DNA of 64,000 nucleotides from NCBI GenBank assembly GCA_020633975.1, contig JACKCR010000009.1, forward strand, positions 155,119-219,118, given 5' to 3'. The stretch is from Candidatus Eiseniibacteriota bacterium. GTDB taxonomy: Bacteria; Eisenbacteria; RBG-16-71-46; CAIMUX01. Shown in pieces: positions 31,692-42,401 of the stretch (position 1 is the first letter of the stretch; the number at the start of each line of letters is the position of its first letter). The notes under the pieces were generated by a model that was not told where the DNA came from, ran no database searches, and saw only the letters and a list, made by a program, of their open reading frames with translations. Made by a program: the position numbers and the translations under genes.

Positions 31692-31902
31692 GACGAAGAG
31701 AGTAGCACAGCGAGAGGCGTGTTGACTGTTCAGGAGACGCCCGGTCGGGCCGCAAATTGATTTGGGGCTGGCTTCGGGCGCAGCGTATATTCCGAATGAC
31801 CAGCCCGAACATTCGTGAGGGGTCCGCGGAGAGGGGTATCTCCCTCCTTCGGACGCGGCAGACGACGGCTCGGGCTCAACGGGCTAGAAGGGACCTCTAG
31901 GA

Positions 31903-33381
31903 ATGGTGATGAGACCCGGAATCGGCATGCATCAGACGATGAGTCTGAGCCAGGTTCTGACTCCGCAGATGCGGATGAACCTGGAGCTGATCCAGGCGCC
32001 GATCCTAGAAGCCGTCGAAGCCCTCGAGCAGACCGTCATGGAGAACCCCTGGCTCGAGCGGAACGAGGACCAAACGGATCCTCGCTTCGTTCGTGACGCC
32101 GACCGGGAAGTCGCGCAGACGCCGTCGACCCCGACCGAGCAACGCGAGTTCGACGAAGCCGAAGCCTGGTTCGACGCGCCGGCCACTCCTTGGACCCACG
32201 AAGGGTTCCCGGCGGACGAAGCGCAGGGAGCGATCGCAGTCAACGTTCCCACGCCCTATGAACAGCTCAACGAACAGGTCGCGGATCTGGACGTGCGTCG
32301 TCCCGTCATGGAGATGGTACGTCTCCTCATCTGCAACCTGGACGAGCACGGCTACCTCGCGTGTCCGGAAGATGAGCTGAAGGAGTTCCTCGGGATCGAG
32401 ACGCCGATCCAGGAGAAGACGTTCGAAGAGGGGCTGGAGGCGATCCGTCGCGAGATGGAACCCGCCGGTCTCGGCGCCCGGGATCAGGCGCATTGCTTCC
32501 TTCTTCAGCTCGAGCGCCAAGGCAAGGGCAAGACCCTCGCCGCGCGCATGGTGAAGGAAGGCGTCCTCGGAATGATGAAGCCGAGGAACCTCAACACGGT
32601 TGCAAAGAAGCTCGGCGTCAAAGAGTCCGAACTCCGGGAAGCGTTGGAAGATCTCCGTCGTCTCTATGCGCATCCACTTTCGCTTCTCGATCAGACGACC
32701 GAACCGACGCGGTATCCGGACCTGATCGTCGAGAAGATCGACGACGAGTGGATCGTCAACCTGAGCCATCCGCTCGCGGGTCGGTATCGCTTCCGCGACA
32801 CAAAGGTTCCTCGGAAGAAGGCTCTGGTTGCCGAGATGAACGGCGATCTGGACAAAGAAGATCCCGCCGCGGTTCTCGCCCGTCTTCGCGAGATGAGGCA
32901 GAACGCGCGCATGATGGTCAACGCGACCGAGTATCGGGACCGAACGCTCTACGAAATCGGTCGTCACCTCGTCGCGGAGCAGACCGAGTTCCTCGAGAAG
33001 GGCGAAGAAGCCCTCCGCCCGCTCCTCCAGAAGGAGCTTGCCGAGCGGCTCGGTATGAACGAAGCCACGATTTCACGAATCCTCCGGGACAAGCACATGC
33101 TCACACCGCGTGGGCTGATGCCGATGAGTTCATTCTTCTCCCGTTCGATCACTGGCGACGACGGTGAGAAGGTCGCGAACAAAACCGTCATGGATGCGCT
33201 GAAGAAGCTCATCGACGAGGAAGAGGATTCGGAGAAGCCGTGGAGCGATCAGGAGATCTCCGGCCTTCTCAAGGAGCGGGGATTCCCGATCTCCCGCCGG
33301 ACGGTGACGAAGTACCGTCTGAACCTCGGCATCGGATCCGCGAGTGACCGCAAGGCCATGGCGCGGATGCGCCAGGGTTGA
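31903..33381 (+). CDS. rpoN: RNA polymerase sigma-54 factor
   Basis: Gln/Leu-rich region I (LSQVLTPQMRMNLELIQAPILE), core-binding region, HTH, and C-terminal RpoN box ISRRTVTKYR. Start could be 31903, 31927 or 31939. Confidence 0.9.
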   Translation: MVMRPGIGMHQTMSLSQVLTPQMRMNLELIQAPILEAVEALEQTVMENPWLERNEDQTDPRFVRDADREVAQTPSTPTEQREFDEAEAWFDAPATPWTHEGFPADEAQGAIAVNVPTPYEQLNEQVADLDVRRPVMEMVRLLICNLDEHGYLACPEDELKEFLGIETPIQEKTFEEGLEAIRREMEPAGLGARDQAHCFLLQLERQGKGKTLAARMVKEGVLGMMKPRNLNTVAKKLGVKESELREALEDLRRLYAHPLSLLDQTTEPTRYPDLIVEKIDDEWIVNLSHPLAGRYRFRDTKVPRKKALVAEMNGDLDKEDPAAVLARLREMRQNARMMVNATEYRDRTLYEIGRHLVAEQTEFLEKGEEALRPLLQKELAERLGMNEATISRILRDKHMLTPRGLMPMSSFFSRSITGDDGEKVANKTVMDALKKLIDEEEDSEKPWSDQEISGLLKERGFPISRRTVTKYRLNLGIGSASDRKAMARMRQG

Positions 33382-33486
33382 CGCCTCTACCGACTACGAC
33401 CGAGTCGACACGCTAGAGCCCTATCTTTCCCAGCACCGGTGGTTGGGTGTCGAACCGTCCCTGCGTGTGACCCCGACTTCCTCTGA

Positions 33487-33526
33487 CCAGGACGCCAGCC
33501 ACCCTCAGTAACAAGGGTCGCGTCCT
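33487..33526. terminator. Imperfect stem-loop (CAGGACGC...GCGTCCTG, 8-bp outer stem with an inner ACCCT/AGGGT stem) about 105 nt after the rpoN stop
   Basis: Read from the sequence. No U-tract. Weak call. Confidence 0.3.
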
Positions 33527-33597
33527 GACTTCTCCTCCCGTAGACTTCGCCCGGCAAGTCCTGGCGGGACCGCGACGGTCCGAGGACTCCGGAGAGG

Positions 33598-34887
33598 ATG
33601 CGCGAAATGAACCGGTTCTCGAGGCACCGCCAGGCCGCGGCAGTCTGTACGATCACGTTGGTCGCAGCGGCGATCGGGTTTGGAGGGTGTGCATCGGGAG
33701 GCGGACCCCAAGGTGGGCCTCCGCACAAGGGCGGCCCGCCGCCCGGCGCTCCGGCCGCACATCACGACACCCGTTCGGATAGTCGTGTAATCGCCGTTCA
33801 CATGGCGTCGAATCAGCCGTCCCAAGTGATCCCGGTCATCCGTCGAGAGACGCGTGACGTGCTGCGTCTCTCCTTCGACGTGGCCGGCGATCGGAGAGAG
33901 TTCTACTCGGCGCACTTTCATCCGGCGACGAGAGATTGGGAGCTGTCCACCGGTATCGAGGACGGCATCCTCCCTCCCCCGGACGACATCACCGAGTACG
34001 AAGCCTCGACCGATCTGGACTTTCCCTACGTGCAGTACACGTACGAGTTCCCGAATCCGAGAGTGGACTTCTATCGAAGCGGGAACTTCGTCCTTCAAGT
34101 GTTGGACGATCGGGGCGGCATCGTTCTCGAGAAGCCGTTCTACGTCAGTGACGAGATGGTCGACATCGATATCGACGCGAAGAGCACGTCGCTCATCACC
34201 GACCGACCGGACGAGCTGATCCCGGAAGCGCGGATTCGCGTTCCAACCGATCCGTGGTTCTCCCCGGCCGACTGTTCCGTCCGGTTCTTCAAGAACGGTT
34301 GGACCGACGAGTACTTCCACGTCGACATCTCCCGGCCCGACGGGGATGACCACGTCTACGAAGCGCCGTCGGTGTTCCGACTCACCATTCCCGTCTACAG
34401 CGCGGACCTTGCTGGCAACTCGGGAATCCGTCGACGGGATGCGATCACCATTCCCGAGACGGTTTCGCTGCTCCCCGACGACATGCGTTTCTGGGGAGAC
34501 GACTACCGGTTCGCATCGCCGCTCCCGAGGCGGGCCACCCCTCACGATGCGTTCACTCGGTACGTGATGGCCGACTTCGCGGTCCAGAACGGACCCCGCA
34601 ACGATCCACCGTACCTCGTCGGGACGTTCAGTGACTGGGAGCCGTATCCCGAGAACCGGCTCACTTGGAACGACGAGACGCGGGCCTACGAGATCCATGT
34701 GCCGCTCCGCGAAGAGCAGTTCTTCTACACCTACGTCTGGACCGATCCGAACACCGTGCGTCCGCAGTCCAAGTTCGAAGGCCCGGGCGAGGTCGTATTC
34801 ACAGGTGTGGTCTACGCGAACGATCGCCGCTATCCGACGGAACGGATTCTCGCCGTGAAGAGTCAGACTCTTCCCGACCAGAACTAG
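33598..34887 (+). CDS. Secreted hypothetical protein (429 aa)
   Basis: Signal peptide MNRFSRHRQAAAVCTITLVAAAIGFGGCASG (possible lipobox). Good codon bias. No family recognised. Its stop lies 4 nt from the convergent TonB-receptor stop. Confidence 0.55.
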   Translation: MREMNRFSRHRQAAAVCTITLVAAAIGFGGCASGGGPQGGPPHKGGPPPGAPAAHHDTRSDSRVIAVHMASNQPSQVIPVIRRETRDVLRLSFDVAGDRREFYSAHFHPATRDWELSTGIEDGILPPPDDITEYEASTDLDFPYVQYTYEFPNPRVDFYRSGNFVLQVLDDRGGIVLEKPFYVSDEMVDIDIDAKSTSLITDRPDELIPEARIRVPTDPWFSPADCSVRFFKNGWTDEYFHVDISRPDGDDHVYEAPSVFRLTIPVYSADLAGNSGIRRRDAITIPETVSLLPDDMRFWGDDYRFASPLPRRATPHDAFTRYVMADFAVQNGPRNDPPYLVGTFSDWEPYPENRLTWNDETRAYEIHVPLREEQFFYTYVWTDPNTVRPQSKFEGPGEVVFTGVVYANDRRYPTERILAVKSQTLPDQN

Positions 34888-34891
34888 CCGA

Positions 34892-36970
34892 CTACATCGT
34901 GCCGCGAATGAAGACCAAGATGGATCGTCGCGGCTGCGGTGTCGTTGGGAGCGAGAAGAAGAACTCGTCGAACTTCGAGATCTTCGAGTAGGACCTGTCG
35001 AACAGGTTCTGCGCGTCGATGCCGACACTCAGCCGCCAACTTCCCGTGGGGATCTGCTGCTCCAGGAGGGCATCGGCCGTCCAGGTGCCGTCGATCGTCT
35101 TCCCGGCGAGCGCCGTGTTCGCTTCGTTCGAGGTGACGTCGTCGAACCCGCGGGCAACGAGGCGCAAGTGAGTTCCTGCCCTATGCCAGTCGGCCCCGAG
35201 TTGGTAGAGGTGACGCGGCATGTGGTTCAGCGGCACCTCGCCGTCCGAGGTCGAGGCCGCGGTCTGGGTTCCGTCGGTCAACGTGTAGTGTCCGCTGAGC
35301 GACCACTCACGCCAGACTTCGTACTCTCCTGACACGTGGAAGCCCTGGATCGAGGATTCTGCGACGTTCGCGTTGGTCTGGTAGACCACGTTGACCCCGT
35401 CGATCTCGATCGGTCCGCGGAACTCGATCCGCCACAGATCTTCGGCTCGTGTGCGGAAGCCAGCCAAGGCCAAGTGGGACCGGTCCGATGGGAACCAGTC
35501 GATCGAGGCGTCGAACGTTTCCGAAGACTCCGGCTGAAGGTCCGGGTTCGGAAGGTGGACGAACTCGCCCTCTGCGATCACGCCCCATCGCTCGTACATC
35601 TTGTGAGACGACGGCGCGAGGTACGCGGTGCTCCAGTTCGCACGCATGCGGATGCCGTCATGTGGGTGGAGCATCGCTCCGAATCGCGGATTCCAGCGGT
35701 GAGGGAACCTCGAGTCGTCGTCGATCCGGATTCCCGCAGTCACACCGAGCCACGACGCTGGGCTGAGCTCTGCCTGGGAGAAGGCGCCGACGTTTCGGTA
35801 GTGGATGTCGTACGAACCTAGGGGGTAGTCGAGGTCGGTCTTGGGAATCGACTCGAACCACTCGGACTCGGCTCCACTGATCCAGGTGAGCCATTCGTTC
35901 TCCCAACCGACGTCGGTGGCGAGGCGTGTCGAGTGCCCCTTCCAGAAGAACGAGTGGGACTCGAACTCCTGCGATCCGGAGAAGTCGTAGGCGTACGTCG
36001 AGGTCGGTTCGAGCTCGGTCCGCGAGTAGGCGACGGTGCTTCGGACGCGCCAAGGTCCGTCATTCTGGAGACTCCATCCCAGTCGCCAGTAGTCGTTCTC
36101 GGTGTCCCACGTAGACGCACCCGAGTAGTCGTAGAGGGTCGGTTGGAAACCGATGCCGTTGTTCCGGCTACCGAAGAGACGCAGGTATGACGCGTCGAAC
36201 GCACCCGCCTCGAGCCGAGCATGGAAGCTCTGGCTCTCGAGCTTCGGGTCGACGTCGAACGTGCCGAACGTCTTCGGATACGCGTTGGCCAGATCCTCCT
36301 GCGAGGACGTGAAGAAGCTCGCGGTGATGCTGAGCGATGCGCGATCTCCCAGTTCGATGCCATGCATGGCCTGGGCTTCATATGTCCGGTTGGTGCCCGT
36401 ACCGAACCACGCGCCCGCGGGCATGTCCTTGCTCGGTTCCATCGTCACGACGTTGACGACACCCGCAATCGCGTCGGCCCCGTAGAGGGATGCCGCCGCG
36501 CCGTAGCTCATCTCGACTTGCTTCACGGAGATGAGGGGGATGTTGCGAAGGAACGTGAACGGCTCTCCCGTGGGAGCGGAGATCTCTTCTCCGTCGAGTA
36601 GGAAGAGCATCTTGGAGTTCGCATCCACGCCCCGCACCAGGACTTCCGTTGCGGCGTGTTCGCTGCTCGTCATCTCGACGAGGTAGACACCGGGGAGGTC
36701 ACGCAGGACGTCGAGGAGATCCCGGTAGCCACGTTCGAGGATCTGATCGCGCGACACGACGACGGCCGACACGGAGTTTTCGAGGAGCGGCTTCTCCGTC
36801 TTGCTCACGGAGATCACAGGAATGTTGAGGATCTCTTCGAGCGACAGATCGAGGAGATCGGTCGTCTCCTTCGCCGCGGCGACGCCGGACACAGCGCTGA
36901 GCAATCCCAGCAACGCAGCTGGACCGAGCCATGTCGATACTTCGGAGAGAAACCTGTCGATAGACAACAT
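34892..36970 (-). CDS. TonB-dependent outer-membrane receptor
   Basis: N-terminal signal, TonB-box/plug region (DLSLEEILNIPVISVSKTEK...AVVVSRDQILERGYRDLLDVLRDLPGVYL) and a 22-strand barrel of about 690 aa. Confidence 0.82.
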   Translation of the reverse strand: MLSIDRFLSEVSTWLGPAALLGLLSAVSGVAAAKETTDLLDLSLEEILNIPVISVSKTEKPLLENSVSAVVVSRDQILERGYRDLLDVLRDLPGVYLVEMTSSEHAATEVLVRGVDANSKMLFLLDGEEISAPTGEPFTFLRNIPLISVKQVEMSYGAAASLYGADAIAGVVNVVTMEPSKDMPAGAWFGTGTNRTYEAQAMHGIELGDRASLSITASFFTSSQEDLANAYPKTFGTFDVDPKLESQSFHARLEAGAFDASYLRLFGSRNNGIGFQPTLYDYSGASTWDTENDYWRLGWSLQNDGPWRVRSTVAYSRTELEPTSTYAYDFSGSQEFESHSFFWKGHSTRLATDVGWENEWLTWISGAESEWFESIPKTDLDYPLGSYDIHYRNVGAFSQAELSPASWLGVTAGIRIDDDSRFPHRWNPRFGAMLHPHDGIRMRANWSTAYLAPSSHKMYERWGVIAEGEFVHLPNPDLQPESSETFDASIDWFPSDRSHLALAGFRTRAEDLWRIEFRGPIEIDGVNVVYQTNANVAESSIQGFHVSGEYEVWREWSLSGHYTLTDGTQTAASTSDGEVPLNHMPRHLYQLGADWHRAGTHLRLVARGFDDVTSNEANTALAGKTIDGTWTADALLEQQIPTGSWRLSVGIDAQNLFDRSYSKISKFDEFFFSLPTTPQPRRSILVFIRGTM

Positions 36971-37173
36971 GCCGATTCCCCTTGGTGACGCATCCGTCTC
37001 CCTCTGTTGGGTTTCGGCCTTTCAGCTGTCGATGCTTAGACATCCTGTGAGGGATGTCCCTCAGGAGATCGACAGGGACCGAGTCGGACTCTCACGGATG
37101 CGCGGTCGGCCCGCGTCGTCGGCTTGGCGGTGAGGCGGCTCGAAACCTCGGCCTGGAGGCCTTGGCCAAGCTC

Positions 37174-38115
37174 TCAGCGGGTGGGGGCGCAGACGTAGAG
37201 CCGGCGAGGAACGAACACCTCCGCCTGCTCTTCCGGATCGATCAGTTGGACGTGGATGACCTCGAGGCCGGCGTCTTCCACCATCGGATCGAACTCCTCC
37301 CGACGCCAACAGCGTTCGAGGATCTCCGCGTCGCGACGGGCCCAGTGAGAGCCACCGCCGACCCCAGAGCGGCTCGCGCCCGTCCGGCCCGGCTGCCGTT
37401 CCCGGGGTTCGCGGCCGAAGAACGTGTACCGAACACGACCGTACTCGGCATCGCCGCGGAAGAAGTGTTGGGTCTCGGAACCGACGTAGAGGTCGTCGTC
37501 CTGCACGATCCAGGGGGAGGAGAAGATCTCCTCGAAGCTGTCTTCATCGATGAGGTCGAAGAGGAACAAACCGTTGGGAAGGAGGGATTTCCGGGCACCG
37601 ACGAGCAGCCGGGAAAGGTCCTGTCGGCGGGTGATGTGATTCATGCTGTCAAAGAAGCAGGTCACCATCCCGAACCGAGTCTCCGTCGACAGCCTGGTAA
37701 TGTCCTGCACCTCGAAGACGGGATCCGTGGCGTCCCGGGGCGTGGTCTTGGGTGCTCTCGTTGTCTTCGTCCGGGCTTTGCCCGCTCCTTCGCCTCTCGT
37801 GGCTGGGACGGCGTGTGCGTTCTCTCCGCCCGGCCCTCGGAAGGGACGGTGGCCATCTCCGGAACGTGCGCGCTCGATCATCTCCGCGGACCGATCGACC
37901 CCACGGATCATCCAGTCCGGGTGCTCCTCGCTCCACCACCGGGCGAGAGTGCCGGTGCCGCACGCCAGATCCAGGAGCGACCGTTCCGGTACGCCCCACT
38001 CCTCTAGCGCCTGCTCCATCCGGAGGATCATCGCGGTAGAGAAGGGAGCGGCGTGGAGCCACTGCCAGCGGTCGTAAACGGATGCAAACTCTGAGTATGG
38101 ATCGACCACCGTCAT
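37174..38115 (-). CDS. Class I SAM-dependent methyltransferase with an approximately 45-aa disordered Gly/Arg/Thr-rich insertion
   Basis: Motif I LLDLACGTGTLARWW and post-I IRGVDRS. ATGA overlap with the upstream DUF4126 gene. Confidence 0.72.
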   Translation of the reverse strand: MTVVDPYSEFASVYDRWQWLHAAPFSTAMILRMEQALEEWGVPERSLLDLACGTGTLARWWSEEHPDWMIRGVDRSAEMIERARSGDGHRPFRGPGGENAHAVPATRGEGAGKARTKTTRAPKTTPRDATDPVFEVQDITRLSTETRFGMVTCFFDSMNHITRRQDLSRLLVGARKSLLPNGLFLFDLIDEDSFEEIFSSPWIVQDDDLYVGSETQHFFRGDAEYGRVRYTFFGREPRERQPGRTGASRSGVGGGSHWARRDAEILERCWRREEFDPMVEDAGLEVIHVQLIDPEEQAEVFVPRRLYVCAPTR

Positions 38116-38753
38116 GGCTCGGGCGTGATCTCCATCGGGTCACGAGTCCCACGTCCCGAGCGAGCTGCCGTCCCGAACCGGCGGACGGAGACACGATGGA
38201 CGGATCGAGCGACTTTCCAGAGGATCCAGAGCATGACGAGGACCGCGACCCCGGCGAGGATCGGGAGAACGATCGCTAGGAAGGAGAGCGTTCCCGACAC
38301 CGCGTCCTCCGCGGTCGAGAGAAGCGGATTCGCGAGTCCGCCCGTCGTGGCCGTGGATCCGAGTCTCGCCTTCGCGCGCCCGACCTGAGTACCGAGCGAA
38401 ACCACTGCCATCACGAGAGCTACGGCGATCGCGATCGGCTGCGGCAGGTCCCCGAACATCGCCATGGCGGCCACGAACCCGGCGATCGGCCGGAGGAAGG
38501 TGGAGACCACGTCGAGCATGTTGTCGACCACGGGGACCTTGTCGGACCCGATCTCGAGGAGGGTGGCGACGATGAGGGCGATCAGGGCGAGGTCGGTGGA
38601 GAGAAACTCGAGCCCGGGATTCAGATCGATCAGTCCAAGCCGGGATCCGATGCTGACGGCGAGAAGGGGAAGGAAGGCTCGGATTCCAGCCGCGGCGGCC
38701 AGGCCGATCCCCGCGCAGAGGGCGACGACGATCTCGAATACGTGCTCAGGCAT
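38112..38753 (-). CDS. DUF4126-like polytopic membrane protein
   Basis: Five to six TM helices and a conserved-looking N-terminus (MPEHVFEIVVALCAGIGLAAAAGIRAFLPLLAVS). Translationally coupled to the MTase. Confidence 0.55.
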   Translation of the reverse strand: MPEHVFEIVVALCAGIGLAAAAGIRAFLPLLAVSIGSRLGLIDLNPGLEFLSTDLALIALIVATLLEIGSDKVPVVDNMLDVVSTFLRPIAGFVAAMAMFGDLPQPIAIAVALVMAVVSLGTQVGRAKARLGSTATTGGLANPLLSTAEDAVSGTLSFLAIVLPILAGVAVLVMLWILWKVARSVHRVSVRRFGTAARSGRGTRDPMEITPEP

Positions 38754-39201
38754 GGGCGGATTCTACTCCCCAGAACGTGTGAGTGCCACGGGGCCGTCGA
38801 TCAGCGGTCCGAGAACCGAATCGGGTGACAGTAGAGACAACGGCCCGGGAGCGTATACCTGCGAGGGCCCAGACGATTCGGGCGGGAGGCCGGCCGGGGA
38901 GCGGCGCGCGGGAAGCGGGCGGCTTCCAGAGCGGGACCATGCGCTATCGCAAAAAAAGGCGACGGGCACTCGATGGGACGTGGGAGAGGTTACGCCATCG
39001 AGGCCCGTCGTCCGAGGGGGGAGAGGGACCGTTTTCGTTACAAAGCGCTCTGCCTGCCGGGGCGGTTCTTGCCTCGTTTCGAAAAGGTCCCCTCCTCCTT
39101 CACCTGGGGTGGCGCGACCCCTGCAGCCGGTCCCTCTAGGTCGAACCTACGTTCGACAGCAACGGGGACGGGCCGCGCCAACCTACGTCAACGATCGAAT
39201 G

Positions 39202-39714
39202 TCAGCTGTCCGCGCCCTTCTCCTTCGCTGCGGTATCAGAGGCTTCAGCGACGGATGCGTGGCTCTCCATGAGATGTCGTCCGATCCAGCTCGCGAGAAC
39301 GTCTGCCGGCATGGCGGCCAGGGTCAGGTGGATCTCGTGGTTCTCACCTGCACGACGGACGGTGTACTCGACGTGCTGGCCCGGCTTCCACTCCGCACGG
39401 GCCTGCTTGATCTTCTCCTGATTCGCTTCGTTCAGCTCGATTCCGTACATCGCGAAGAGGACATCCCCGGGCTGCATTCCGCCGGCCTCGGCCGGGCTTC
39501 CGGGCACGACCTTGGTGATGGACCAGCCGGAGCCTTCCTCGACCTGCTCCATCTCGATGCCGACCCAGCCACTGTCCTTCATCTTCTGCGCCATGTAGTC
39601 CAGGCACTCCTGGGTCGAGGAGTCGCACTTGGTATTGGATCCTTCCCCAGCGAAAGCGGATACGCCAATGGCGAGTACGGCAGCGGCCATGGCAAGCGAC
39701 TTCAGATAACGCAT
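39202..39714 (-). CDS. Periplasmic PDZ-domain protein (170 aa)
   Basis: Signal peptide MRYLKSLAMAAAVLAIGVSAFA, then PDZ motif GWVGIEMEQV...GSPAEAGGMQPGDVLFAMYGIEL. AGGAG lies 7 nt upstream of the ATG at 39714. Confidence 0.7.
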   Translation of the reverse strand: MRYLKSLAMAAAVLAIGVSAFAGEGSNTKCDSSTQECLDYMAQKMKDSGWVGIEMEQVEEGSGWSITKVVPGSPAEAGGMQPGDVLFAMYGIELNEANQEKIKQARAEWKPGQHVEYTVRRAGENHEIHLTLAAMPADVLASWIGRHLMESHASVAEASDTAAKEKGADS

Positions 39715-39965
39715 TGTGGAATCTCCTATCGAGGCCGGGGGTGCCGGCCCAGTCCCGTCTTGGTTCGGGACAGTTCTCGGGGAAGAGACCGGCATCTCGT
39801 CCTCGTACCACGACTAAAGTACGGCAGCGCGAGGTAAAAGTGATCTCGACGGAAGTAAAAAGATGTCAAAGTCGTAACCGAGTCGTGAACACGGCGACGG
39901 GTGCCCCGAGCCCTTTGCGACGCGCTCGATCCGCAGGCCAGCTGCGCGACGCTGCCCAGGCGAAG

Positions 39966-40036
39966 CGGCTATAATGAGAGCCTGCCACCTAGTCGGGTGA
40001 CTCCACCTGGTCGGGTTCACTTGGTCGGGTGACTCG
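39966..40036 (+). promoter_or_regulatory. TATAAT hexamer (39968-39973) followed by three tandem direct repeats of about 16 bp, C(T/C)(A/G)GTCGGGT(G/T)AC(TC), at 39987-40036, immediately upstream of the histidine-kinase start
   Basis: Read from the sequence: CTAGTCGGGTGACTCCAC, CTGGTCGGGTTCAC, TTGGTCGGGTGACTCGAG. Direct-repeat operators are the usual binding mode of OmpR/PhoB-family regulators such as the adjacent RR. Confidence 0.5.
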
Positions 40037-40048
40037 AGGAGCCGAAGT

Positions 40049-41713
40049 TTGCAGCTGTTCCGCACTGATCGCCTTTGGATTGCGTTCCTCGTCGCTCTCG
40101 TTCCGCTCGTCGTGTTGCTCCTCTTCCAGTACGCGTGGCTCCGCCGATACGAACAGGTCTCGTCACTGGCGTTCGAAGCCAGCGTGACCGGCGCGATCGC
40201 GGCCGTCCGGACCGATGTCGAGCAGACATACCGGAATCTGGGTGAGGAGCTGCTCACCTTCTCCGACGCCGATCTCTCGAGCGATGGCTACGACCGGATC
40301 CGCCAACGTTGGATGGAGAAGCGGGGCCCCGAGGTTCGTCGCCTCTTCCTCGCCGACTATCGGGGTGCGCCGTTCGGCCGGTTCCTCTACTTCAACCCGG
40401 ACACCGGAGATCTCGAGCAGGCGTTCGCGTCGGCGGAAGCGCTCGCGGTGATCGTGGCGTGCTCTCCGTTTCAGATCATCCGCTCCCAGCCGCAACCGTT
40501 GCGATCCGGCGAACTCGTGTCCGATGCGAGTGATCCTTCCTACGACATTCTCGTTCGTCCCATCCTGGACGCGAACGGGATCGTACTCGCCGTCGCGGGG
40601 GCGATTCTGGACGAGACGACGTTCCAAGAAGAAGTGCTTCCCCGCATCGTGGCCCATCTCCTCCCTACATCGGACGATGCGCCCAGGGAAGGGATGGCAC
40701 TTCGCGTCGAAGATGCCGACGGCGTGTGTCTCTTCGGACCCGAAGACGTCGGTGGGGCCGTGCCGATCCGTACGGGACGGTTCTCCTTCGTCTTCACGGA
40801 TTGGGCCGTGTCTCTCTACAACCTCGGACCGTCTCCGCTGGTGTGGAGACGGTCCGAACTTCGGTTCTCGGTCGTCCTCTCCGGAATCCTTGCGCTCGTA
40901 CTTCTCGCAGGGGTTCTGCTCGCACTTCAGGCGGCCAAACGGGAGATGCGTGTCTCGCAGATGAAGGCGGACTTCGTTTCGAACGTGTCGCACGAACTGA
41001 GAACTCCCGTCGCATCGATCCGTGTGTTTGCGGACCTACTGCGTTCCGGTCGCGTCGGCGCACCTGAGAAGATCGTGGAGTACGGGGAGCGGATCGAGTC
41101 GGAGAGCCGTCGCCTCTCCAACCTGATCGAGAAGATCCTCGAGTTCAGCCGGATGGAGTCCGGCCAAAAGACCTACACGTTCGCTCCGATGAACGTGGAG
41201 GACGTGGTCGTGCGGACTGTCGAGGGTTTCCGGCATCGGCCCGTCGCACAGGGGTTCGATATCGAGATCGAGTCCTCGGACGACTCCATTCCAGAGATCG
41301 TCGGAGACGCAGATGCGATCTCGCAGGCCATCGACAACTTGCTCGAGAACGCCGCGAAGTACTCGGGGGACCGGAAGGAGATCCGGGTGAGAGTGGCTTC
41401 GAATCCGGCAGGTGCGCACGACGACCGAGGCACGGTTCGGGTCGAGGTTCGCGATCGGGGGATCGGGATCGAACGGTCCGAGCAGAAGCGGATCTTCGAG
41501 AGGTTCCATCGCGTGTCGACCCACGGAGTGCACGACGTCAAAGGCAGTGGCCTCGGGCTCTCCATCGTGGAAGGAATCGTGAGATCACACGGTGGGAGAG
41601 CCAGCGTCGAGAGCGAACCCGGGGTGGGAAGCGTCTTCCGTATCGAGTTGCCATGGATGGGGCCAAACAAGTCCGGGGTGCAACGGAGTGGGACAGGAGG
41701 ATCGGATGAATGA
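40049..41713 (+). CDS. Sensor histidine kinase (two TM helices, periplasmic sensor domain, HisKA + HATPase_c), TTG start
   Basis: H-box [17 protein letters not shown]-box [11 protein letters not shown]-boxes RDRGIGI and [19 protein letters not shown] lies 8 nt upstream of the TTG. Confidence 0.85.
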   Translation: MQLFRTDRLWIAFLVALVPLVVLLLFQYAWLRRYEQVSSLAFEASVTGAIAAVRTDVEQTYRNLGEELLTFSDADLSSDGYDRIRQRWMEKRGPEVRRLFLADYRGAPFGRFLYFNPDTGDLEQAFASAEALAVIVACSPFQIIRSQPQPLRSGELVSDASDPSYDILVRPILDANGIVLAVAGAILDETTFQEEVLPRIVAHLLPTSDDAPREGMALRVEDADGVCLFGPEDVGGAVPIRTGRFSFVFTDWAVSLYNLGPSPLVWRRSELRFSVVLSGILALVLLAGVLLALQAAKREMRVSQMKADFVSNVSHELRTPVASIRVFADLLRSGRVGAPEKIVEYGERIESESRRLSNLIEKILEFSRMESGQKTYTFAPMNVEDVVVRTVEGFRHRPVAQGFDIEIESSDDSIPEIVGDADAISQAIDNLLENAAKYSGDRKEIRVRVASNPAGAHDDRGTVRVEVRDRGIGIERSEQKRIFERFHRVSTHGVHDVKGSGLGLSIVEGIVRSHGGRASVESEPGVGSVFRIELPWMGPNKSGVQRSGTGGSDE

Positions 41714-42401
41714 GCGCGCCGTGCGTCGAGTTCTCGTGGTCGAGGACGACGACGCCATGGCCGCAGCGCTCCGCGACGGATTCGAACTCGAGGGCTACGA
41801 CGTTCGGGTCGAACGCGACGGAGAGGCTGGGCTTGCCGCGATCCGCGAGGATCCACCGGATGTCGTCCTCCTCGATGTGATGCTGCCGCGAAAGAGCGGA
41901 CTGGACGTGCTGAAAGAACTCCGCAGCGAAGGAGCCGAAGTTCCGATCTTGATGCTCACCGCGAAAGGGCAAGAGATCGACAAGGTGCTCGGCCTCAAGC
42001 TCGGCGCGGACGATTATGTGACGAAGCCGTTCGGCTTCCTCGAACTCATCGCGCGCGTCGAAGCGCTGCTGCGCCGGACCGGGCGTCGGAAGAAGTCGGC
42101 GGGCGAGTTCGTGTTCGGAGATGTTCGGGTCGACATGGCTCGGCAGGCGGTCTGGAAGGGCCAGGAACCTCTGGATCTGTCTCCGCGCGAGTTCGAGCTA
42201 CTTCGCTACCTGATCGAACACCGCGGCAAGGTGGTCCGAAGGGACGAGCTGCTCGATGCCGTGTGGGGCTACGACCGAGCGCCACTCACGCGAACGATCG
42301 ACGTCCACGTCGCGAAGCTGCGAAGGAAGGTCGAGGACGATCCAGGCAACCCCGCATTCATCGTGACGGTGCATCGGGTGGGCTACCGATTCCTCGGGTG
42401 A
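41706..42401 (+). CDS. OmpR/PhoB-family response regulator
   Basis: REC domain ([25 protein letters not shown]...[10 protein letters not shown]...LMLTAKG) plus winged-helix output ([12 protein letters not shown]...VWGYD...[15 protein letters not shown]...[11 protein letters not shown]). 8-nt overlap with the HK gene. Confidence 0.9.
   Translation: MNERAVRRVLVVEDDDAMAAALRDGFELEGYDVRVERDGEAGLAAIREDPPDVVLLDVMLPRKSGLDVLKELRSEGAEVPILMLTAKGQEIDKVLGLKLGADDYVTKPFGFLELIARVEALLRRTGRRKKSAGEFVFGDVRVDMARQAVWKGQEPLDLSPREFELLRYLIEHRGKVVRRDELLDAVWGYDRAPLTRTIDVHVAKLRRKVEDDPGNPAFIVTVHRVGYRFLG

Noticed and set aside
31740-31800. Sigma-70-like promoter for rpoN (TTGACT / TTGATT ... TATATT)
   Set aside because: The -35 to -10 spacers are 23 nt or more for the good -35 hexamers. 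Only a weak TTGGGG-N18-TATATT fits. Insufficient to call.
32005-32967. 320-aa minus-strand ORF
   Set aside because: Antisense to rpoN.
38754-39201. 448-nt intergenic region with an A7 run and a GTCGAACctacGTTCGAC palindrome (39141-39158), considered as a possible ncRNA
   Set aside because: Only a short 7-bp stem about 45 nt after the PDZ gene stop. Likely a terminator or spacer. No sign of a known riboswitch or sRNA class.
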